Below, piece after piece: positions 47,808-55,953 of a stretch of 64,000 nt of DNA (positions are counted from its first letter, which is position 1; the number at the start of each line of letters is the position of its first letter). This stretch comes from Gemmatimonadota bacterium (GTDB lineage Bacteria > Gemmatimonadota > Gemmatimonadetes > Palauibacterales > Palauibacteraceae): contig JBDHHV010000017.1 of assembly GCA_039589195.1 (NCBI GenBank), positions 11,237 to 75,236 on the forward strand, read 5' to 3'. The translations under genes were made by a program, and so were the position numbers. The notes under the pieces are model-generated. The model was not told where the DNA came from. It ran no database searches and worked only from the letters and a program-made list of their open reading frames with translations.

Positions 47808-50531
47808 TTGTACTCGCTCGTCTTCCGGATTCTGCTCCGCCTCTACCCCAAGTCTTTCCGCACAATGCACGGCGAGGACATCCTCGCCACGCTCGAAGAC
47901 CGGCTGACCGAAAGGGGCTCAAGAGGAGGGCTCGCCGTCTCCCTTCACGCCCTCCGGGAGCTCGCAGTCCTGATTCGCTCGCTCCCGGGCGAGCGTGCGC
48001 GGGAAGCCGACCGCAGGCGGCGGAACCGTCGGCTCTCATCCGACCGGGAGAGCCTGATTCATTCGACGCTCCAGGACCTCCGCCATGCGGGTCGCGGATT
48101 CTGGCGAGCTCCCGTTTACACGGCGGTGATAGTGCTGACGCTGGCTCTCGGGATCGGAGCCAACACGGCCATCTTTTCCGTGGTCAACGAGGTCCTGCTC
48201 AGCGGGGTTCCCTATCACGATCCCGATCGGCTGGTCCTGATCTGGAACCGGTTCGACTCGCTCGAGAACGAGCGGAACTGGGTCCACGATCTTCAGGTTC
48301 GCGACCTCCGCGACCAGGCCACGGTCTTCGAGGGTATCGCGGCGATGCAGATGGTGTCGGGTCGTATCCTCGGGGGAGACCGGCCCATCCACACCGACGT
48401 CGCTCGGGTCTCGAGCAGTTTCTTCGAGTTGCTCGGTGTGGAGCCTCTGCTCGGGCGGACGTTCCGGGAGGGAGAAGACGTGTGGGCCTCTCCGTGGGTC
48501 GTCCTGATCACGCACGAATATTGGACCCGAGAGTTCGCCCAGGATCCGGACATCGTCGGAAAGAAGATCCGTGTCGGCTGGCCGATGATGGAGATCATCG
48601 GGGTGCTGCCCAGGGACTTCGATTATCGGATGTACGAGACGCCGGACCACCGTGTCAGACCGGAGCTGTGGATCCCGCACCAGATCGACTACGGGTGGTG
48701 GGAACGCGCGATACCGGGCAACGGAGTAGCGGTGTTGGCGCGTCTGCGGGAAGGCGTGCCCGACACTCAGGCCCGCCAAGATCTGGAACGCGTCGCCGGC
48801 GCGCAGGACCGGCGCTTCTTCGACAGCGCGGGGCTCCGGTTCGACATGGTCCCTCTGGAGACCGACCTGGTGAAGGACGTGCGGCCGGCAATACTGCTTC
48901 TCGTCGGTGCCGTGGCCTTCGTGCTCCTCATCGCGATGGCCAACATCGCGACCCTGGTCCTCGCGCGGACCCAAGTTCGCCAGGGCGAGCTGGCCATTCG
49001 CCACTCGCTGGGCGCCTCGAGCGCGCGGGTCATGAGGCAGGTGCTCACGGAGAACATCGCCCTGGCGCTCGCTGGGGGACTCCTCGGCCTGGAGTTCGCT
49101 CTCCTGGGCACGCGCTTGCTGGTGGAGCTCGCTCCGGTCGAGCTCCCGTGGCTGGCGGATATCGGGGTCGACGTGCGGGTCCTCGCTTTTACCCTTGTCC
49201 TGACGGTGGTGACCGGGCTGATCTCCGGGTTGGCCCCCGCGTGGCAGGCTCGCCGGGTAGACCCGGTCCGGGCCCTCAAGGAGCTCGGGCGTCCCGGCTC
49301 CGAGACCCGCCGCGTGCGCCGCCTGCGTGGGGCGCTGATCACGCTCCAGTTCGCCCTCTCGCTGGTTCTCGTGGCGGGAGCGGGACTGTTGATCCGGAGC
49401 TTCAACCGTCTCGTCGACGTGGACCCGGGGTTCCGCCCGGAGAATACTCTCACCTTCTCCGTATACCTGATGGAGGAGTACGAGGACACCTCGAAGAGCA
49501 ACGCGTTCTATGCAGAGCTTCTCGAGCATCTCCGGGAGCTGCCGGAGGTCGCGGCGGTCGGGGGAGCGAGCGCGCTTCCGCTGAGCGCACCCGCCTACGG
49601 TCCGATCTTCCGCACCGAGCCGGCCTTTCAGGTGAATCTCTTCTTGTTGCCGGGACACGGACTCGAGCCGGAGCCGTTGCTGAGAGATCGGGACGCCTGG
49701 GTCTTGTCCGATCTCAACGCCGCGCTGCCGGGTTACTTCGAGGCGGCGGGAATCTCGCTCGTGGACGGCCGGGAATTCACGGACGCGGATGGCGCCGGCG
49801 CGGTACCGGTCGTGGTCGTGGACGAGCAACTCGCGGGGACGCTCTGGCCCGGCGAAGATGCCGTGGGTCGGGAGGTGTGGGCCCTGGACGGTTGGCGCAC
49901 CGTAGTCGGGGTCGCGCGCCACACCCACCACCACGCGTACGGGCGCGTAGGGCGGCCGCAGCTGTACTTCCCACATGCCCAGGTTCGGAGTGGCCGCGTC
50001 TCGATGGTCGTGCGAACGACGGGCGATCCAGCCTCCCTCGTCCAGGCGATCCGTCAGCGGGTCGATCGAGTCGATCCGCAGGTCCCGATCGGTGACATCC
50101 GGCCCCTGGACGAACTCGTGCAGGAGGCGTTCGCGCAGCCCCGTTTTCTGATGACGCTGATGAGCATCTTCGCGGCTGCGGCCGCGTTGCTGGCGGCAGT
50201 CGGCATCTACGGGATCCTCTCGTTTGCCGTGAGTCGAAGGCGGCGGGAGATCGCGGTCCGGATGTCGATCGGTGCGCGACCCCGCGATGTCGCCTGGCAG
50301 GTGATCGGGCAGGGCGTGGGGCTGGCGGCTGCAGGGTCGGTGCTCGGCCTGGTAGCCGTCCTCGCCATGGGGCGTCTGATGGAGAGCCTGATCTACGGGA
50401 TTCAGCCGTACGACCCCTTCACGCTCGTCGCCGCCGCGCTCGGCGTCCTCGGGCTCGCCCTCACCGCCTGTTGGATCCCCGCGCGGCGTGCGGCCTCCGT
50501 CGACCCCCTTTCAGTCCTGACCTCGGACTAG
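47808..50531 (+). CDS. ADOP-type orphan MacB-like permease with N-terminal 'LLRLYPxxFR' extension
   Basis: N-terminus [66 protein letters not shown]. Confidence 0.9.
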   Translation: MYSLVFRILLRLYPKSFRTMHGEDILATLEDRLTERGSRGGLAVSLHALRELAVLIRSLPGERAREADRRRRNRRLSSDRESLIHSTLQDLRHAGRGFWRAPVYTAVIVLTLALGIGANTAIFSVVNEVLLSGVPYHDPDRLVLIWNRFDSLENERNWVHDLQVRDLRDQATVFEGIAAMQMVSGRILGGDRPIHTDVARVSSSFFELLGVEPLLGRTFREGEDVWASPWVVLITHEYWTREFAQDPDIVGKKIRVGWPMMEIIGVLPRDFDYRMYETPDHRVRPELWIPHQIDYGWWERAIPGNGVAVLARLREGVPDTQARQDLERVAGAQDRRFFDSAGLRFDMVPLETDLVKDVRPAILLLVGAVAFVLLIAMANIATLVLARTQVRQGELAIRHSLGASSARVMRQVLTENIALALAGGLLGLEFALLGTRLLVELAPVELPWLADIGVDVRVLAFTLVLTVVTGLISGLAPAWQARRVDPVRALKELGRPGSETRRVRRLRGALITLQFALSLVLVAGAGLLIRSFNRLVDVDPGFRPENTLTFSVYLMEEYEDTSKSNAFYAELLEHLRELPEVAAVGGASALPLSAPAYGPIFRTEPAFQVNLFLLPGHGLEPEPLLRDRDAWVLSDLNAALPGYFEAAGISLVDGREFTDADGAGAVPVVVVDEQLAGTLWPGEDAVGREVWALDGWRTVVGVARHTHHHAYGRVGRPQLYFPHAQVRSGRVSMVVRTTGDPASLVQAIRQRVDRVDPQVPIGDIRPLDELVQEAFAQPRFLMTLMSIFAAAAALLAAVGIYGILSFAVSRRRREIAVRMSIGARPRDVAWQVIGQGVGLAAAGSVLGLVAVLAMGRLMESLIYGIQPYDPFTLVAAALGVLGLALTACWIPARRAASVDPLSVLTSD

Positions 50532-50557
50532 AACCTGCCCGGTACACCTCCGCCCCC

Positions 50558-50611
50558 ATCGTCGTACAACCTTTTTGCTATATACTTGGTCTCTATATAT
50601 TGTACGACAAT
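50558..50611. promoter_or_regulatory. Two oppositely oriented TTGTACGAC(A/G)AT sites (GntR/FadR-like operator pair)
   Basis: attgtacgacaat (50599-50611) is itself a 5-3-5 palindrome. The reverse complement of 50558-50570 is gttgtacgacgat. AT-rich spacer upstream of 50687. Confidence 0.6.
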
Positions 50612-50686
50612 CTATTGAAGCTATAGGGGTGCGTCCTCGTCGAGCGTCGACGTCGGCCGTCCCCGAGCATCCGAAGGAGGCATACG

Positions 50687-51967
50687 GTGAACAAGAGCTC
50701 AACGATTCTGGCCTTTACGATCGCCGCCGTGGCGTGGGCGGTGCTGCCCGCTGCGACTCGGGCCACCCAGCAACACGGTGCGCCCACATACGAGACCGAC
50801 ACGTTCTCCACGACGGGCGAGACGATCCCGGGAACCGGCCGGATCGGTGGCATCGCCGTGGATCGGTTCGGGTACGTGTACGTGGCCAATTTTGATCTTG
50901 GCGTGTGGCGGATCTCTCCCGGGGGAGAGGCTCGTCAGCTGGCCGATGGGCTGTACGGCTCGTCCGGAAACGTCGTCGCGCCGAACGGCGACCTTCTCCA
51001 GGGCAATTGGCTGGCGAACACGATCGTCCGCATCGACCGGCAGGGCGAAGTCCATCCGTTCGTGAGCGGCGGGCTCGACGGCCCGGTCGGGATCACGATC
51101 GCACCGAGCGGGGACATCTTCGTGGTGAACTCCCGCGGGAATCACGTGACCAGGATCAGTCAGGACGGCTCGGAGGTCACGGAGTTTCTCAGGCACGAGC
51201 TGCTCCAGCAGCCCAACAGCATCGTCGCCGACCGCGAGGGCAACCTTTTTGTCGCGAACCTCAGCAACACGTCGATACTCAAGATCACGCCCGACGCTGA
51301 GGTGGAGGAGATCGCGCGGCTTCCCGGGCAGGGGAACGCCCACCTCACATTCGGATCCGACGGAGCGCTGTACGTGACCAAGATCTGGGACCACGTGGTC
51401 ATGCGAGTCCAGCTGGACGGCACGTACGAGGTGGTCTCGGGGAACGGACTGGAGGGCTTCCAGGATGGCCCGTTGGGTGAATCGATGGTCGCATACCCGA
51501 ACGGCATCGTGCAATCCGGCGGAGTGCTCTACTTCAACAACCTCGACGGTGACATGGAGAACGGCGAGAAGGGCACGATCGTCGTTCGTCGGCTGTACCC
51601 GCCCTCGGGCCGCCGCGCGCTGCTCGAATCGCTCCACCGGGGTGGCGTGCCGGCGATGCTGGACACCCTCCAGGGCCTCGTGGGACAGGGAGACGACAGC
51701 ATGGGTCGCGCCGCACCCGGCATCTACGCCTTCGTCCGGTACCTCGTTCGGAAAGCGGAGACCGAAGCCGCATTCGCCCTCATCGAGCGAATGCTCGAGG
51801 GTGATCCGGACAAAGCCCGCGCGTTCGTGAACGCCGGGAACGTGCACGCCCTGGCCGGTAGCAGGGAGGAGGCCATGAGCTATTACCGGCGGGCTCTCGA
51901 CGCGGATCCGGACAACGAGCAGGCGAAGTTGCGCCTGGAAGCGGCCGAGCTGTTCAGAACCCCTTAG
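50687..51967 (+). CDS. Secreted NHL/SMP-30-like beta-propeller with C-terminal TPR
   Basis: Signal peptide. GIAVDRFGYVYVA, GPVGITIAPSGDIFV, PNSIVADREGNLFV, GFQDG. YYRRALDADPDN TPR. Confidence 0.8.
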   Translation: MNKSSTILAFTIAAVAWAVLPAATRATQQHGAPTYETDTFSTTGETIPGTGRIGGIAVDRFGYVYVANFDLGVWRISPGGEARQLADGLYGSSGNVVAPNGDLLQGNWLANTIVRIDRQGEVHPFVSGGLDGPVGITIAPSGDIFVVNSRGNHVTRISQDGSEVTEFLRHELLQQPNSIVADREGNLFVANLSNTSILKITPDAEVEEIARLPGQGNAHLTFGSDGALYVTKIWDHVVMRVQLDGTYEVVSGNGLEGFQDGPLGESMVAYPNGIVQSGGVLYFNNLDGDMENGEKGTIVVRRLYPPSGRRALLESLHRGGVPAMLDTLQGLVGQGDDSMGRAAPGIYAFVRYLVRKAETEAAFALIERMLEGDPDKARAFVNAGNVHALAGSREEAMSYYRRALDADPDNEQAKLRLEAAELFRTP

Positions 51968-51987
51968 ATCGCCACGCCAGGGTTGCA

Positions 51988-52025
51988 TCTCGGCGGTGGC
52001 CAGCACCTGAGGGCCACCGCCGAGA
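51988..52025. repeat. Perfect 14-bp inverted repeat (terminator or REP-like hairpin)
   Basis: tctcggcggtggcc-N10-ggccaccgccgaga; no U-tract on either side. Confidence 0.7.
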
Positions 52026-52230
52026 CCCGAGCTGACGCGTCTAGCCTGTTCGCGATCCGAGCGGCTCGAGCACCCACCAGCGTCGCACGGGCGCGTCCGC
52101 TTCTGACCACCCCCTCTTGCCTGGCTTCCGCACGACAATCCACCTTTCGCCTCTTCGTACACTGGCTTCACCACCGTGACTCGATCTCTGCGTGCACCGG
52201 CGATAGCCTGGAGGATCCGGAAGGACGGGA

Positions 52231-52653
52231 ATGAGAGTCTACATCAGGTTCCTCGCCCTGGTCCTGGCATGGTCGGGAGCGGGAGCGTCCACGGCACACG
52301 CGCAGGTCCCTGACAACACCGACGCGAGACCTTCCACACAGGACGGCATTTACACCCGGGAGCAGGCGCGGCGTGGTGAGGAGCTCCTTCGCGACGAGTG
52401 CTCCGCCTGCCACATGAATGCCTGGTTCGAGGGATCTTTCCTCCAGGCCTGGAATGGTGCGACTGTGGGTATGCTGTACGAGCGAATCCGCTCGACGATG
52501 CCCGAAGACCAGCCGAGTGGCCTCGAGAACCGGGAATACGCGGACATGCTGGCGTTCATCTTCGAGCTGAACGGAATCCCCTCTGGGGAGGAGGAGCTCG
52601 CCAGCCGGAAGAACGAGCTGGACAAGATTCTCATTCAGTGGAGGCAGCCATGA
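52231..52653 (+). CDS. Periplasmic monoheme cytochrome c
   Basis: Signal peptide, [16 protein letters not shown] heme motif, STMPEDQP (axial Met). Overlaps the PQQ dehydrogenase start (ATGA). Confidence 0.92.
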   Translation: MRVYIRFLALVLAWSGAGASTAHAQVPDNTDARPSTQDGIYTREQARRGEELLRDECSACHMNAWFEGSFLQAWNGATVGMLYERIRSTMPEDQPSGLENREYADMLAFIFELNGIPSGEEELASRKNELDKILIQWRQP

Positions 52654-54633
52654 ACCGGGTGGTGCGCAGCAGCCGGTCCACCAGAGCCGTGCTCCCGATG
52701 GCCGCCGCCCTTCTGTTGGGTTGGGCACACCCCGCGGCATCGCAGCGTGCGGGCACCGAGAACGGCGAGTGGCGCTACTGGGGCGGGGACGAGGGCAGCA
52801 GCCGCTATTCGCCGCTGGATCAGATCGACGCGAGCAACGTCGGGGAGCTCGAGGTCGCATGGCGCTGGAAAGCGGCCAACTACGGCCCCGAGCCCGATTT
52901 CATCTACCGGGCCACGCCTCTCAAGGTGGGCGACAAGCTCTACACCGTCGCCGGTCAGCGACGCACCGTGGTGGCGATCGACCCGGCCACGGGCGAGACG
53001 CTGTGGATGTGGCGGATGAGGGACAATCCTCGCTGGCAAACCTCCACGAGAAAGAACTACGGCAAGGCAGTCGCCCACGCGGAGGTCGATGGCCGCGGTG
53101 TCATCTACACGATCACGCCCGGCTACTACCTGGCCGCGCTCGACGCCGACACCGGTCGACCCCTGCCCCACTTCGGGCTGAACGGGATCGTGGACCTCCA
53201 CCTGGGTCTGGGCGACTACGCGGTTCACCCGGACAGCGGGACGCTGGCGTACGGGGATATCACGGCGTCTTCCCCACCGATCGTGGTGAACGGGGTCGTG
53301 GTCGTGGGCAACTCGCACGATCGCGGATACTACCCGCGAAGAATCGAGAACATCCCGGGTAACATCCGCGGGTACGACGCGAAGACCGGGGCCCGGGGAA
53401 TACGGCCACGACACGTGGGAAGGCGACTCCTGGCAGTACACCGGGAACATCTCCGCGTGGGCCCCGCTGTCGGCCGACTCGGAGCGCAATCTCGTGTTCA
53501 TCCCCACCGATACGCCCACCAACGACTACTACGGTGGCGACCGGCTCGGGCAGAACCTCTACGGCACCAGCATCATCGCACTCGACGTCCGCACCGGGGA
53601 GCGGGTGTGGCACTATCAGATGGTACACCACGACGTGTGGAACTACGACAATCCCAACGCACCCAAGGTCGTCGACGTCACGATGGCGAACGGCCGCCGC
53701 GTCCCCATGGTAATCGAGACCACGAAGCAGGGGTGGGCGTACGTGTTCGACCGCGAGACCGGCGAGCCGGTGTGGCCGATCGAGGAGCGACCGGTGCCGC
53801 AGTCGGACGCTCCCGGGGAAGCCACCTGGCCCACGCAGCCCTTTGTCACCCGGCCCGCCGCGTTCGAGCACCAGGGGGTCATGGAGGACGACCTGATCGA
53901 CTACACCCCCGAGCTCCGGGCACAAGCGCTCGAGATCGCGCGGCAATATCGGATGGGCGGGATGTTCAATCCGCCTTCGCTGCTCGATCACCCCGACGGT
54001 ACGAAGGGAGCGTTTCACGCCCCCGGAGCGAACGGTGGCGCCAACATCCCGGGTGGCTCGTCGGTCGACCCGGAAACCGGCATCCTGTACGTGGCCAGCC
54101 AGCGTGGGCACACGGTGAGCTCGCTCGTGCCCGGAACGGAGTCGGAGCAGGCGTCTCCACGCTGCGCGCCGGCCGCGAGCTGTACGAGCAACGCGTCGTA
54201 TGTGTCGACGGGTCCGGGTGGGGTCGGTGGGCCACAAGGGCTACCGCTGCTCAAGCCGCCCTACGGGGCGATTACCGCGATCGACCTCAAGACCGGCGAC
54301 CAGCTGTGGCGCATCCCGAACGGAGACACCCCCGCGTCGGTGAGGGACCACCCGGCGCTCCAGGGCGTCGACCTGCCCAACACCGGAAAGCGCGCACACG
54401 CCAACATCCTCACGACCAGGACGCTGCTCTTTTATGGGGAAGGGCGACGCCAGGAGCCCTGGCTGCACGCGGTGGACAAGATGACCGGCGAGGAGATCGC
54501 CCGCATCGAGCTCCCTGCCACCACGAACACCGCACCCATGACGTTCATGCACGACGGCGTACAGTACATCGTGGCCGCCGTGGCGGGTGCGGGCGTCGAG
54601 GCCGAGCTGGTAGCGCTGCGCCTACCGGAGTAG
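52650..54633 (+). pseudogene. PQQ-dependent dehydrogenase (glucose/quinate DH-like, soluble), broken by a frameshifting deletion near 53390
   Basis: Frame A: [40 protein letters not shown]. Frame B: [47 protein letters not shown]. The usual WxFxTIP segment between them is missing. Confidence 0.85.
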
Positions 54634-54658
54634 CCCCCGGGTCTCTCCATCTCCCGCA

Positions 54659-54684
54659 GCGGGGCGTGGACCACCGCGCCCCGC
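54659..54684. terminator. GC-rich hairpin between convergent genes
   Basis: gcggggcgtgg-acca-ccgcgccccgc, 11-bp stem with one G-U pair; no clear U-tract. Confidence 0.4.
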
Positions 54685-54690
54685 GAACGG

Positions 54691-55377
54691 CTAGCGCCCA
54701 CAGAGACCGACGTCGATCTCTCCACACGCCACTTCGTAGGCCCTCGCCAGCCACCGGAGGAGCACCTCCCCGGCCTCCTCGGGACCGCGTCCGAAGACCA
54801 GGATCCCATCTTCATGCCCACCCATGGCCAGGATACGGCGCTCGGGAAGGACGGTCTCGCGGTACAACCGGTGCACCTCCACCGCCATCTCGGGCGTGCC
54901 GTAAGGAACCTTCGGGTCCGTGGTGGGGAGCCGCAGGTGCTGCGCCCGCCGCCACACGACCGGGCAATGGGCGTGGAGCACGCAACGGATCTGCGGGCCC
55001 AGATCGTAGGCGGCGCCGTGTGTCATGGATTCGGATGACGGTTCGGCACCGCCTCGGCTTCGGACCTGGTTGTGGCGGTAGTCGTACCGCTCGACGACGG
55101 CGAAGTCATCCAGGCCGAGGCAGCGCTTCCCGGAGGTCTGCGTGCCGGTGATGAGGAAGGATCGCCGGCCAAGACCCGCGTTAGGCGGACCGATTCGAGC
55201 GCTCACGTTCCCATATCCGGCACCTTCGTATCGGGCCGGGTCCTGCCCGACGAGGCCCGTCAGGGACATGATCTCCCGCCACGCGATCAGCTTGCAGGCG
55301 AGCTCACCGTAGCGCCGGGGCTCGAGGGGCACTCGCTCGTGCTCCACCTCGAACTTGATGACGCCTTCTTGTGGCAT
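54691..55377 (-). CDS. Class II aldolase/adducin family protein
   Basis: [45 protein letters not shown]. Confidence 0.88.
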   Translation of the reverse strand: MPQEGVIKFEVEHERVPLEPRRYGELACKLIAWREIMSLTGLVGQDPARYEGAGYGNVSARIGPPNAGLGRRSFLITGTQTSGKRCLGLDDFAVVERYDYRHNQVRSRGGAEPSSESMTHGAAYDLGPQIRCVLHAHCPVVWRRAQHLRLPTTDPKVPYGTPEMAVEVHRLYRETVLPERRILAMGGHEDGILVFGRGPEEAGEVLLRWLARAYEVACGEIDVGLCGR

Positions 55378-55508
55378 GCGGGGCTCGACTCTCGGGTGAC
55401 TCGTGATGTGGTCGGTGGTCGTTCAGGATCTCGGTTCGGACACTCTCTCGCAACCGGCCAGCGTGGTTCGGCGACCCACGGCGCGACCCGACGGAGCGGA
55501 GCCCTACC

Positions 55509-55547
55509 CTTGATTACCGAGAGGTGGTACTCTTGATTACCGAGAGG
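55509..55547. promoter_or_regulatory. Exact 16-bp direct repeat CTTGATTACCGAGAGG, period 23 bp; likely tandem PadR operators
   Basis: Copies at 55509-55524 and 55532-55547. The second copy sits in the quasi-palindrome ctcttg-attac-cgagag. About 55 nt upstream of padR. Confidence 0.7.
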
Positions 55548-55603
55548 AACGTGAGAGTTGGCTCGCGGACCTCGAGACTGGCCCGCAGAGCGCGAGGAAC
55601 ACG

Positions 55604-55936
55604 ATGGCGAGAGCGAAACCGGACATGATCAAGGGGACCCTGGATATGCTGATCCTGAAGGTCGTCTCGCTCGAACCCATGCACGGCTGGGGGATCAGCG
55701 AGCGGATCCAGGGTCTCTCGAGCGAGACGCTGAAGGTGAATCAGGGCTCGCTGTACGCGTCGCTCCATCGCCTCACGCGCGAAGGGTGGATCCGCTCCCA
55801 CTGGCAGACTACCGAGAACGGGCGTCGAGCCAGGTACTATCAGCTCACGCCACCTGGAAAACGTCAGCTGGGCACCGAGGCCGAGCGCTGGCAACGGCTC
55901 TCGACGGCGGTCCACATCATCCTGGCGACCACCTAG
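55604..55936 (+). CDS. PadR-family regulator, acidobacterial (TIGR03433-like) subtype
   Basis: KGTLDMLILK, PMHGWGISERI, VNQGSLYASLHRL, TENGRRARYYQLT, E..RW.RLS.AV..IL. Confidence 0.93.
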   Translation: MARAKPDMIKGTLDMLILKVVSLEPMHGWGISERIQGLSSETLKVNQGSLYASLHRLTREGWIRSHWQTTENGRRARYYQLTPPGKRQLGTEAERWQRLSTAVHIILATT

Positions 55937-55953
55937 AAAGCGGGAATAGACAC

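Noticed and set aside
52398-55151. 917-aa ORF as a single real protein
   Set aside because: A chimera of the true PQQ N-half (52650 to about 53390) with out-of-frame read-through on both sides.
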